A stretch of DNA of 28,339 nt from the NCBI GenBank assembly GCA_964427795.1, contig CAYRWC010000001.1:1-28339 (forward strand), in the 5' to 3' direction. This document shows positions 7,924 through 17,112 of the stretch, one piece after another. The stretch comes from an uncultured Oscillospiraceae bacterium. GTDB lineage: Bacteria; Bacillota; Clostridia; Saccharofermentanales; UBA5734. The notes under the pieces were generated by a model. The model was not told where the DNA came from and made no database searches. It was given only the letters and a program-made list of their open reading frames with translations. Numbering within the stretch: position 1 is the stretch's first letter; each line of letters starts with the position of its first letter. Made by a program: the position numbers and the translations under genes.

Positions 7924-8934
7924 ATGGCAGATAATAAGCCGGGTAATTTAAATAATCCAAAGCCGTCGGCTCCGCAGACGCCGCGGCGGCGTATGATCGC
8001 CGCGTTGGAAAGACGTCCGGTCGCAGGCCGTGTTCCAACTTTTGAATTGGTCTTTTTCCTGACGATGGAGAAATTCGGCCGGCTGCATCCAAGCCACCGG
8101 TTTTACGGCCAGTGGGACCAGATGTCGAAGCGGGAGCAGCAGCTGCATCGAGACGATATGGCTTCACTTTACATTGAAACGGCGGAAGCGTATGGTCATG
8201 ACGCCATATTTATCCATCCCAATCCCGGTACGAAAATCGAGACCGTCCGTCTGCTGACGCGCATCCGGGAAATGAGCGGCGATCGCTATTTTATCATGAA
8301 GCACGGCGATGCGACTTTTTCCATACCGGACGGCAGCCACATGGTTGATTTTGCTTTCAGAATGGCCGACCAACCGGAACAGCTGCACGCCGAAGCGCGA
8401 AGTCAGGTCGAACAAGCGCTGGCTGATTCGGCAGAGCTGCAAAAAGAAGGATTGCTGGACGGTTTTGCTTTATGTTCCGATTATTGTTTCAATACGGGGC
8501 CGTTTTTGAGCCCGAATCAGTTTGGTGAATTTGTCGCGCCATATCTGGCCCGGCTGATCCAAGGTTATCGCGATCAAGGGTTTTATACAATCAAGCACAC
8601 GGATGGAAACATTATGCCGATCATCGATCAGCTGGTTCAGGCCAATCCTCATGCGCTGCATTCGCTGGACCCGCAGGCCGGTGTCGACATAGCCGAGGTC
8701 AAACGGCTCTACGGCAACAGGATTTGCCTGATCGGCAATGTCAATTGCGGACTTCTGGAAACCGGCACCGATGAGCAAGTCGTCGAATCGGCGCGCTACG
8801 CCTTGCGAAACGGCATGCCGGGGTACGGTTACGTTTTTTCAACCAGCAACTGCGTTTATACCGGCATGCCGCTTGAGCGGTACGACCTGATTATAAAAGT
8901 ACTTAATGAAGAAGGAAGGTACGACAATGATTGA
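7924..8934 (+). CDS. Uroporphyrinogen decarboxylase/MtaA-superfamily TIM-barrel protein (probably not HemE)
   Basis: SDY.FNTGPFLSP..F.EF..PYL, KHTDGN, LHSLDP, LIGNVN, YVFSTSNC. No RQAGR motif of true UroD. The start (7924 vs 7993) is uncertain. Confidence 0.85.
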   Translation: MADNKPGNLNNPKPSAPQTPRRRMIAALERRPVAGRVPTFELVFFLTMEKFGRLHPSHRFYGQWDQMSKREQQLHRDDMASLYIETAEAYGHDAIFIHPNPGTKIETVRLLTRIREMSGDRYFIMKHGDATFSIPDGSHMVDFAFRMADQPEQLHAEARSQVEQALADSAELQKEGLLDGFALCSDYCFNTGPFLSPNQFGEFVAPYLARLIQGYRDQGFYTIKHTDGNIMPIIDQLVQANPHALHSLDPQAGVDIAEVKRLYGNRICLIGNVNCGLLETGTDEQVVESARYALRNGMPGYGYVFSTSNCVYTGMPLERYDLIIKVLNEEGRYDND

Positions 8935-11743
8935 TTTAAATCGGCTAAACCGGATGTCTGACGAATATTTGACGGAATGGAATGAACAATACGCGAAACC
9001 ACAGCGTAATTATTGGGGTCAGCGGACGGTCCTGCAGCTGCGTTACGCCGTTCAGCTGGCCGCCTGCGGCATGGCGCGCGAAGATGACATTGCCGCCGCC
9101 CTGACCGCGGCTTGGACCGATTTTCAGAATCAGGGCGCGATAACCCGCGAAACCTGCGCAACAGTAGAGACTCTGCTCCAACCGCTGGCCGCGGCGGCTA
9201 AATCAATAACGCTTCTTTGCATCGGTCATGCTCATATCGATATGAACTGGATGTGGTCCTATGATGAAACCGTCTCTGTGACACTGGATACTTTCCGCAC
9301 CATGCTTGATCTGATGGATGAGTACCCGGATTTTACTTTCGCCCAATCTCAGGCGTCGGTTTATGAGATCGTCGCGAAACATGATCCGGCCATGCTGGAA
9401 GAAATAAAAAAACGCATCCGCGAAGGCCGTTGGGAAGTGACGGCTTCAACCTGGGTCGAAGCCGACCGCAATATGCCCAGCGCGGAAAGCATGGCCCGGC
9501 ATTTCCTGTATACCCGGCAATATCTGGCCGAATTGCTGTCTATCGATCCGTCGACTCTGGATCTGGATTATGAGCCGGATACCTTTGGCCATCATCAGAA
9601 TGTGCCGGAGGTTCTGGCGGATGCCGGCGTAAAATACTATTATCATTGCCGCGGAGCGGAAGGTCCGCTTCTCTGCCGCTGGCAGGCGCCCTCCGGCCGG
9701 TCGGTTATTTCTTATCGGGAACCGCTTTGGTACAACTGGACCATGGACGGACGCTGCGCTATGATCGCGCCGAAGTTTTGCCGGGATTATGGTCTGAATG
9801 TGGCGCTGCGGGTTTACGGCGTCGGCGATCACGGCGGCGGACCGACCCGGCGCGACTTGGAAAAAATTATCGATATGAGTAGCTGGCCGATTTTTCCGTA
9901 CTATACATTCGGCACTTATCATGAATTTTACCGCGCCGCGGAGCAGATCAAAGAGCAATTGCCTGTCGTATCCGGTGAATTGAATTTTATCTTTGATGGC
10001 TGCTATACAACGCAAACCAGAATCAAACGGGATAACCGGCTGGGTGAAAACAGCCTGTTCGAAGCCGAAGCAGCCGACGCGATCAGTTCGCTGGTTTTAA
10101 AACGACCTTATTCCGGCGCCGACTTCCGGCAGGCTTGGAAAAATATCTTGTTCAACCAATTCCACGACATATTGCCGGGATCGGGGACGGTTGATACCCG
10201 GGAGTATGCCCTGGGTCTGTACCAGCAGGCCTTTGCCCTGACCAACAGCCGGCGGACCGCTGCTTTGCGGGCGGTGGCCGATCAAATCGATTCATCGTCG
10301 CTGACCGTAACGGAAGATATCAGTCTCAGCCGTTCCGAAGGCGCCGGCGTCGGCTTTCCGACCGCCAGCGGCAGCCTGAGCCGTTATAGCCGTCATGCCG
10401 GCCTGCGCCGCCTGTTTATGGTTTGGAATCCGCTGCCCGCCGAACGAACGGAAGCCTGCGAACTGACTATCTGGGACTGGCAGGGCGATGTATCGCGCAT
10501 GCAGTTCCGGGACAGCCGGGGGAATGTGGTACCGCACCAATTGATCGCCGACGGCGTTCATGAATACTGGGGACACCTTTATCAGACTGTCCTGGTTCAG
10601 ACGCGCGTGCCGGCAATCGGATATGAAACACTTGCTTTAAGCGAATTGCCGGCGCAGGAACTGCCGGCGGCCGAAATAGGACCGCGTATCATCAGCGAAC
10701 CGGATTTTACTCTGGAGAACGAGTATTTATCTGTAACCATATCCAGACTGGACGGTACGCTAGTTTCGTTAACCGATAAAGAAACCGGACATGAATATGC
10801 CGATCCGCAGGCGCCGCTATCCATTTTCCGCTTGATTGAAGAAGATCCGCAGCAAGGCATGACCGCCTGGGTCGTAGGTCCTTATAAGAAAATCAGTTCT
10901 CTTCACCAAGGGGTCCGTTTTACCGGCCGTCAGGCCGGTCCGGTCCGCCAGAGCCTGACCTGGACAACCGAATTCGGGAATCAATCCGAACTGACCGTTA
11001 CGCTGTCTTTGAACCGGGGTGAACGCCAGCTTCGCCTGGATATAGCGGTGAAATGGCAGGAAATCGGTTCGGCAAAAACCGGAGTGCCGCAATTGAACCT
11101 GTTGCTGCCGATTCCGTATGCTTGTCCGTATTTTCAATATGACATACCGATGGGTACCATTAATCGGGAGCCGCATCACTTTGATGTGCCTGCAAGTTCG
11201 TACGCCTTCGCGGCCAATCCGTCCGGCCGTTCGCTTATGTTGGTTTCCGACAGCAAATATGGCTTCCGCGGTTCGGAGGATGGTCTGGCCATAACCCTCA
11301 TCCGCTCCAGCTTCGATCCGGATCCCTGGCCGGAGGTCGGCGCCCACCAGATCCGGCTGGCCATCGCTCTGACCGACGGCGGCCGCGATGCCGAACAATT
11401 AGCCCGCGCTTTCTGCCATCCGTTCAGCACCGTAGCCATGCGCAAGCCGCAAACCGGCTGCCTGCCGCTGCATCAATCGCTCTGCAGCCTGATCGACGGT
11501 GAGACTTACTTGTCGGCCGTCAAACTTGCCGAAGATGGAAACGCTCTGACCGTCCGGTTGTATTCCCTGAATGAAAAGACCGTCCGGACGACGCTTCGTT
11601 TCTGGCAGAAACCGCAGAAAGCCGTCCTGACAGATTTAATGGAACAACCGGTTGAAGGAGCCGATCCGGTTCTGATACAGGATAACGACGTGGTTTTCTC
11701 CGTGAAACCTTTCGGCCTGCAAACCGTAAAAATCACTTTCTGA
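8927..11743 (+). CDS. GH38 alpha-mannosidase
   Basis: GHAHID (Zn), TFAQSQA, WVEAD.NMPS.ES, PDTFGH (nucleophile), GVGDHGGG, NQFHDILPGS. Overlaps the upstream stop; SD GGAAGG. Confidence 0.95.
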   Translation: MIDLNRLNRMSDEYLTEWNEQYAKPQRNYWGQRTVLQLRYAVQLAACGMAREDDIAAALTAAWTDFQNQGAITRETCATVETLLQPLAAAAKSITLLCIGHAHIDMNWMWSYDETVSVTLDTFRTMLDLMDEYPDFTFAQSQASVYEIVAKHDPAMLEEIKKRIREGRWEVTASTWVEADRNMPSAESMARHFLYTRQYLAELLSIDPSTLDLDYEPDTFGHHQNVPEVLADAGVKYYYHCRGAEGPLLCRWQAPSGRSVISYREPLWYNWTMDGRCAMIAPKFCRDYGLNVALRVYGVGDHGGGPTRRDLEKIIDMSSWPIFPYYTFGTYHEFYRAAEQIKEQLPVVSGELNFIFDGCYTTQTRIKRDNRLGENSLFEAEAADAISSLVLKRPYSGADFRQAWKNILFNQFHDILPGSGTVDTREYALGLYQQAFALTNSRRTAALRAVADQIDSSSLTVTEDISLSRSEGAGVGFPTASGSLSRYSRHAGLRRLFMVWNPLPAERTEACELTIWDWQGDVSRMQFRDSRGNVVPHQLIADGVHEYWGHLYQTVLVQTRVPAIGYETLALSELPAQELPAAEIGPRIISEPDFTLENEYLSVTISRLDGTLVSLTDKETGHEYADPQAPLSIFRLIEEDPQQGMTAWVVGPYKKISSLHQGVRFTGRQAGPVRQSLTWTTEFGNQSELTVTLSLNRGERQLRLDIAVKWQEIGSAKTGVPQLNLLLPIPYACPYFQYDIPMGTINREPHHFDVPASSYAFAANPSGRSLMLVSDSKYGFRGSEDGLAITLIRSSFDPDPWPEVGAHQIRLAIALTDGGRDAEQLARAFCHPFSTVAMRKPQTGCLPLHQSLCSLIDGETYLSAVKLAEDGNALTVRLYSLNEKTVRTTLRFWQKPQKAVLTDLMEQPVEGADPVLIQDNDVVFSVKPFGLQTVKITF

Positions 11744-11752
11744 ACAGCCGGT

Positions 11753-12415
11753 TTATTGGACCGGTCCGTTTAAACCGAAAGCGGAGAGAGCGCTGCTCAT
11801 CCCTAATCTGTCCGCTCCCGCTTCCACAAGCGCGATAGCCTGTTCAGCTGTCCGGATGCCGCCGGCAGCCTTGACCCGGACGGCTGGACCGACATGCCGC
11901 CGCAGCAGACGCACATCCTCAGCCGTCGCTCCTCCGCCGGCAAAACCGGTTGATGTTTTAATGAAATCTGCAGCAGCGCGTGTGACGAGGCGGCACAAAG
12001 CTATTTTCTGATCATCATTCAGAAGGCAGGCTTCAATGATGACCTTGACGGTGTTTTTACCGGCTAAGGCTTTGATGCCGGCAATTTCGTCATAGACATA
12101 ATCTACGTCGTCCATCAGCATTCTGCCGATGTTGATGACCATATCCAATTCAGCCGCGCCGTCCTCCAGCGCCCGGCCGGCTTCGGCCAGCTTCGTTTCC
12201 TTGCTGTTGTAGCCCAGCGGGAAACCGATGACGGTACATACCGGCACCCTGCCTTGCAGCCGGGCGGCTGCAGCCGCAACATAACAGGGCGGGATGCAGA
12301 CACTGGCAAAACCGTATAGCAGCGCCTCATCGCAGAGCATTGCGATATCCTGCAGGCGGGCGGTCGGTTTCAGCAGCGTATGGTCGATTTTATTGTACAA
12401 AAACGAATAATCCAT
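11753..12415 (-). CDS. deoC: Deoxyribose-phosphate aldolase
   Basis: IDHTLLKP, VCTVIGFPLG, ELDMVINIG, FIKTSTG, VKAAGGIR, GADRLG.S. Confidence 0.97.
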   Translation of the reverse strand: MDYSFLYNKIDHTLLKPTARLQDIAMLCDEALLYGFASVCIPPCYVAAAAARLQGRVPVCTVIGFPLGYNSKETKLAEAGRALEDGAAELDMVINIGRMLMDDVDYVYDEIAGIKALAGKNTVKVIIEACLLNDDQKIALCRLVTRAAADFIKTSTGFAGGGATAEDVRLLRRHVGPAVRVKAAGGIRTAEQAIALVEAGADRLGMSSALSAFGLNGPVQ

Positions 12416-12595
12416 GATGGCTTACCTCACATTTTTTTATGCTTCCATTAACCAGATGTTATCAGTATACGGAATTGCGGCGTCCAAATCCAGCTGCCGC
12501 AATTCCGGATGAAAATACGATTTATGGCAAAGCAAACGGCGGACGTAGATACGGGAATATACGGTTGTACGCGATACATGATCTGTTGCGGCATC

Positions 12596-12625
12596 TTGAC
12601 TTTTGCCAAATTTCCTGTATATACT
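12596..12625 (+). promoter_or_regulatory. SigA promoter TTGACT-18-TATACT driving the T-box leader
   Basis: -35 at 12596-12601, -10 at 12620-12625, immediately before T-box stem I. Confidence 0.6.
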
Positions 12626-12633
12626 GGTGGCAA

Positions 12634-12948
12634 TAAGAGCCATGAAGGGGAGAGTAGACTGACTGATCCTCCTCCAGAGAGTTTCCAAGGCCGGGATATT
12701 CGGCCGCCGCTGCAAGGAAACGCTGGATTAGCAGCCGAACATGACCCCGGAGCTTGACCGGCCGAATCCGCTTTGCGGGTTGAGGTTGATCCGGATGGTG
12801 ACCGTTACAGCATCAGGGTATAAGCCGGACCTTTGGCGGTCGGCCGTACCTGCGAAGGTTCGATTCGCGAGAATCGGATAAAGCGGAGTGGTACCACGGG
12901 ATTATAACCCGTCTCCTGCACATTTGTTGCAGGCGGCGGTTTTTTTTC
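12634..12948 (+). promoter_or_regulatory. T-box riboswitch, Met specifier (AUG)
   Basis: Stem I with GAGAGUAG, AG-bulge GAGA, GCUG, specifier loop GAAC-AUG-ACCCC (AUG at 12741-12743). CCGUUA at 12802. Antiterminator GGAG-UGGUACC-ACGGG..CCCGU-CUCC. Located upstream of metG. Confidence 0.93.
12909..12947 (+). terminator. T-box intrinsic terminator
   Basis: CCGTCTCCTGCA/TGCAGGCGGCGG stem plus 8 T; mutually exclusive with the antiterminator. Confidence 0.88.
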
Positions 12949-12974
12949 GCCGTCCTGATGAGGAGGCGACCTTT

Positions 12975-14624
12975 ATGCAACCTATTTTTATCGGCGGAGC
13001 CTGGCCATATGCCAACGGTTCTCTGCACATCGGCCAGATCGCGGCTTTATTGCCGGGTGATGTTCTGGCGCGATATTTTCGGCAGAAAGGACATCCGGTC
13101 CTATATGTGTCCGGCTCCGACTGCCACGGTACGCCGATTGCCGTCCGAGCGGCACGCGAGAATCGGCAGCCCGGCGAAATCGCATCATTTTACCATCAGG
13201 AATTCACATCGGTTTTCAGCCGTCTGGGTTTTTCCTACGACTGTTATAGCCGGACGGATCAACCGCAGCATGCCGAATTGGTGCAGAACGTCTTCCTGAC
13301 CTTGCTGAAAAAAGGTCTTCTGGAAAAAAAGCCGGTCAGCCAGGTTTATTGCAGTCATTGCCGGCGTTTCCTGCCCGACCGGTATGTTGAAGGCCGGTGT
13401 CCCCGCTGCGGCGCCCAGGCGCGAGGCGATCAATGCGACGCCTGTACCGCCATTCTCGATCCGCAGGACTTGATCGATCCGCACTGCAAATTATGCGGCC
13501 AGCCGACAGTGCTGCGCCGTTCGGATCATTATTTTTTCAGGCTGTCAACCTTTCAGGATGCGCTGACGCATTATCTGGATGAGGTGGAATCCGGCTTCCG
13601 GATTAATGCCCGAAATGAAACCAGACGTTATTTGCAGGAAAACCTGCCCGACCGTGCCGCGACCCGAGATCTGGACTGGGGAATTCCGGTTCCGGTACCC
13701 GGTTTTTCCGGCAAAAGCATCTATGTCTGGATCGACGCCGTATTGGGCTATCTGTCGGCGAGCCGGCATTGGAGCCAGGAAACGGGCTTGGACTGGCGGC
13801 CTTTTTGGACAGAAAACGCTCAAGCCTGGTATGTTCACGGTAAAGATAATATCCCTTTTCACAGCCTGATCCTGCCGGCTTTGCTTGAGGGCTGCGATCC
13901 TGGCCTGAAGAAGCCGGATCATCTGTTGTCTTCCGAATATATGACGCTTGAGGGCCGGAAAATCTCAACCAGTCAAAATTGGGCCATATGGGTTCAGGAT
14001 CTGCTGGATCAGGTTCCGGCTGATTCCATCCGCTATTTTCTGTTATCCAACAATCCGGAAAAACGGGATGCCGATTTCTCTTGGCTTTCTTTTATCAACA
14101 GCCATAACGGCGAACTCCTGGGAGCTCTGGGCAATCTCGTCAACCGTACGCTGCAGTTCATCAAAAAATACCGCGACGGCGTGACCCTCAACGAACCTTG
14201 CGACCCGGCGATCTGGACGGAAATCGCCGCCAGCTACCGCGATTGCGGCGGGCTTCTGGAACAGGGTGAAATTAAAGCTTCGCTGGAGCGCGCTTTCAAG
14301 CTGGTTCGGCAGCTCAACAAATACTTTGACCAGACCAAGCCATGGCTGACCCGCGATGACGATCCCGGCAGCTGCGACCGGGCTCTGGCCACCTGTCTGC
14401 ACGGACTGGCCAATCTGTCTCAGCTGCTGGCGCCGTTCCTGCCTCATACTTGCCGGAAAATCCGACAGGATCTCCAGCTGCCGGAAGAAGTCGGCTGGGA
14501 ACCCGTAATTTGTCCGTGCGGCCGGATCCTCGGTGATATCGCGATCCTCTTTCCTCGTCTTGATGCCGGTAAATTTGGCGGCGATGCGCATTTGTGCGAT
14601 AATAAAGCTGTAGCAGTCAAGTAA
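12975..14624 (+). CDS. metG: Methionyl-tRNA synthetase, MetRS2-type (two Zn knuckles, no C-terminal Trbp/dimerisation domain)
   Basis: GAWPYANGSLHIGQ, SGSDCHGTPI, four CxxC, YVWIDAV.GY, HGKDNIPFHS..LP, EGRKISTS; GGAGG SD; Met T-box upstream. Confidence 0.96.
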   Translation: MQPIFIGGAWPYANGSLHIGQIAALLPGDVLARYFRQKGHPVLYVSGSDCHGTPIAVRAARENRQPGEIASFYHQEFTSVFSRLGFSYDCYSRTDQPQHAELVQNVFLTLLKKGLLEKKPVSQVYCSHCRRFLPDRYVEGRCPRCGAQARGDQCDACTAILDPQDLIDPHCKLCGQPTVLRRSDHYFFRLSTFQDALTHYLDEVESGFRINARNETRRYLQENLPDRAATRDLDWGIPVPVPGFSGKSIYVWIDAVLGYLSASRHWSQETGLDWRPFWTENAQAWYVHGKDNIPFHSLILPALLEGCDPGLKKPDHLLSSEYMTLEGRKISTSQNWAIWVQDLLDQVPADSIRYFLLSNNPEKRDADFSWLSFINSHNGELLGALGNLVNRTLQFIKKYRDGVTLNEPCDPAIWTEIAASYRDCGGLLEQGEIKASLERAFKLVRQLNKYFDQTKPWLTRDDDPGSCDRALATCLHGLANLSQLLAPFLPHTCRKIRQDLQLPEEVGWEPVICPCGRILGDIAILFPRLDAGKFGGDAHLCDNKAVAVK

Positions 14625-14657
14625 CTGGTTTCCCGATCCGGCAGGCGGAGGAGCATC

Positions 14658-16010
14658 ATGATGACAGCGAACAGACGGCCATTATGGCGAACATTAATCG
14701 GCACCGGTCTTTGCCTGGCTGTTTTGCTGTTATCTGGTTTGAGTGCCGGTTGTCTGTCTGAATGGTCGTATTATTTGAATACCGGCCGGACGGCCTCATC
14801 TGTTGAGACAATAGAATCAACGTCGACATGGCCCGGCAGCCAGGCTGAACCGTCAAAAACCGGTTTGATGTCCGACTCGGCGGTATCGTCGGCAATGACG
14901 GCATATTCCTCAGCTGCGTCGGCAACCGGCGAATCGTCCGGCTGCGTACCGGCTGATCCGACACGGCTGGACGCCTGTTTTGACGAACAGGCGACGCGGC
15001 TGATCCTGCAAGGCTTGCGGCAGCGGATAGACACGATCAAGCTGGATCAGGCTTTTGCGGCTTATCAGATAAGCGAAGATCAGGTTCGGGACGCCATATC
15101 GCAGGTGTTCAATCTTTACCAAACGATATGCCGGCAACATCCGGAGTACTTTTATCTGAATGGTTCGGCAGAAGTCCAGTATACCTTGATCCAGGGCTTA
15201 AACAGCCGTATCAAGGCGATGAGCCTCAAGCTTGGCTACTGGGACGATCTCGCCGGCTTCGGTCCGGCACAGCTGGAAGACCTGGCCGGCCAGGTCGACC
15301 GGGAAGCGGAGAAAATAGCGGGGCAGATTCGCCAAAAGACCGGCGAACCTTGGGAACAGCTATCCTTGCTGCACGATCTGCTGATTCGGCTCATCGCGTA
15401 CGATCCGGATGCCAGTCAGGCGCATAACCGTGTCGACAGCGCGCTGCTGCAGCATGTGTCCCTATGCCAGGGCTACGCTCAAACCTATCAGTTGATCGGT
15501 CAAAAACTCGGTTATGATATCCGGCTGATCAGCGGTGAAGTGGACGGGGAGGGACATGCCTGGAATCTGGTATGCCTGAACGGCGTTTTTTATCATGTTG
15601 ATGTCACTCATGACGACCCGATACCGGACGGCGGCGCGGACGGCCCACTCCGCCATTGCCATCTTTTCCGCTCGGACGCGCAGATGGCCGTGACGCATCA
15701 GTGGGATCCGTCGCAGTATCCGGCTTGTCCGTCGGACGGCGTGTTTTATTATACCGGCAACGGCCTGACTGTGTCGGGACGGGATGAACTGAAACAAAAG
15801 CTGGCTGATTTTCTGCGCGACGCGGATTTTTCCGGCGGCAGAACCTGCCGCTTGGAGCTTTTATACGCCGGCGGCGATCTGCCGGACAAGGAGCAGCTGG
15901 AAAAAATTCTCAGCGGCGCACTTCAGGAATATGCCTTTTCAGAACCGATATATTACCGTGTAGACAGCAACAAATCCGTTGTGCTGATGGATGTGAGCAC
16001 CCAGGCCTGA
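14658..16010 (+). CDS. Transglutaminase-like (Cys-His-Asp) domain lipoprotein
   Basis: Signal peptide with lipobox-like LSAGC, Ser/Thr-rich linker, LCQGYA (Cys), GHAWN (His), YHVDVTHDD (Asp). Confidence 0.85.
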   Translation: MMTANRRPLWRTLIGTGLCLAVLLLSGLSAGCLSEWSYYLNTGRTASSVETIESTSTWPGSQAEPSKTGLMSDSAVSSAMTAYSSAASATGESSGCVPADPTRLDACFDEQATRLILQGLRQRIDTIKLDQAFAAYQISEDQVRDAISQVFNLYQTICRQHPEYFYLNGSAEVQYTLIQGLNSRIKAMSLKLGYWDDLAGFGPAQLEDLAGQVDREAEKIAGQIRQKTGEPWEQLSLLHDLLIRLIAYDPDASQAHNRVDSALLQHVSLCQGYAQTYQLIGQKLGYDIRLISGEVDGEGHAWNLVCLNGVFYHVDVTHDDPIPDGGADGPLRHCHLFRSDAQMAVTHQWDPSQYPACPSDGVFYYTGNGLTVSGRDELKQKLADFLRDADFSGGRTCRLELLYAGGDLPDKEQLEKILSGALQEYAFSEPIYYRVDSNKSVVLMDVSTQA

Positions 16011-16030
16011 GTCTGGAGGTGAACGAGCCG

Positions 16031-17110
16031 ATGATTTTGTTCGTCCTCAATCCCGGATCGACTTCAACGAAAACGGCTCTGTTTCGGGATGGAAAATGCT
16101 TATTCCGGGAAACGGCTTACCATTCGGACCGGCAGATGCAGAAAGCGTCCCGGCTTGCCGACCAGCTGCCGATGCGCCTGATGGCTGTGAAAAAAGCTTA
16201 TCTGGCGGCACTGAAACAGGAAGGCGTCGGTTCGGCGGAGATCGATGCTTTTGTCGGCCGCGGCGGTTTGCTGCACAGCATGCCCAGCGGTACATACCGG
16301 GTCAATCAAGACATGTTGGATGATCTGCACGCCGCGCGCTACGGCGAGCATGCCAGCAATCTGGGCGCCATAATCGCAGCCCGTCTGGCCGAACCACTCG
16401 CCAAACCGGCTTTTGTGGTCGATCCTCCGTCGGTTGATGAGATGGACGATCTGGCCCGCTATACCGGTTTGCCGTCGATCCGCCGGCGTTCGGCTTTCCA
16501 CGCGTTGAACCAGAAAGCGGCGGCCCGTCTGGCGGCCGGCAGGATCGGCCGATCATATCAGGACTGTTCGATGATCGTGGCGCATTTGGGCGGCGGGATT
16601 TCTGTCGCGATGCATCAAAACGGCCTTGTGACCGATGTCAACGACGCGTTGGAGGAAGGCCCGTTTTCACCGGAACGGGCCGGTAGTCTGCCTTCCTTGC
16701 AGCTGCTGGCCTTAATGTCCGGATCCGGGAAATCGGTTTCAGACATGCGGCGCCTCTTGATTACCCAGAGCGGGCTTTACGCTTATACCGGCACAACGGA
16801 TTGCCGGGTAGTCGAGGATCTGGCCCAAACCAGAACGGATTATCGCGAACTCCTGGAAGCCATGGCTTATCAGATAGCGAAATCGATCGCCGCTTTGTCC
16901 GCCGCCGTATCCGGTCATGTCGATGCGATCGTACTGACCGGAGGTTTGGCTTATAGCCGGTTATTGACGGGCTGGATAAAAGAGCGGATTGATTTTCTCG
17001 GGCCTGTTCAGATTATTCCCGGCGAACACGAATTGGAAGCCTTGGCTGCGGGAGCCGAACGGGTGCTGAAGGGGGAGGAAGAACCTCGAATTTACGTTAA
17101 GGAGGCATGA
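16031..17110 (+). CDS. buk: Butyrate/branched-chain carboxylate kinase
   Basis: LNPGSTSTK, GRGGLL, GEHASNLG, FHALNQKA, AHLGGGISV, GPFSPERAG, PGE.ELEALA; GGAGGTGA SD before ATG 16031. Confidence 0.96.
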   Translation: MILFVLNPGSTSTKTALFRDGKCLFRETAYHSDRQMQKASRLADQLPMRLMAVKKAYLAALKQEGVGSAEIDAFVGRGGLLHSMPSGTYRVNQDMLDDLHAARYGEHASNLGAIIAARLAEPLAKPAFVVDPPSVDEMDDLARYTGLPSIRRRSAFHALNQKAAARLAAGRIGRSYQDCSMIVAHLGGGISVAMHQNGLVTDVNDALEEGPFSPERAGSLPSLQLLALMSGSGKSVSDMRRLLITQSGLYAYTGTTDCRVVEDLAQTRTDYRELLEAMAYQIAKSIAALSAAVSGHVDAIVLTGGLAYSRLLTGWIKERIDFLGPVQIIPGEHELEALAAGAERVLKGEEEPRIYVKEA

Positions 17111-17112
17111 GC

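Noticed and set aside
7924-8934. Annotation as hemE
   Set aside because: The HemE substrate-binding motifs are absent and there are no heme genes nearby.
12888-12974. N-terminal extension of metG from the ORF track
   Set aside because: It is T-box antiterminator/terminator sequence; the SD supports ATG 12975.
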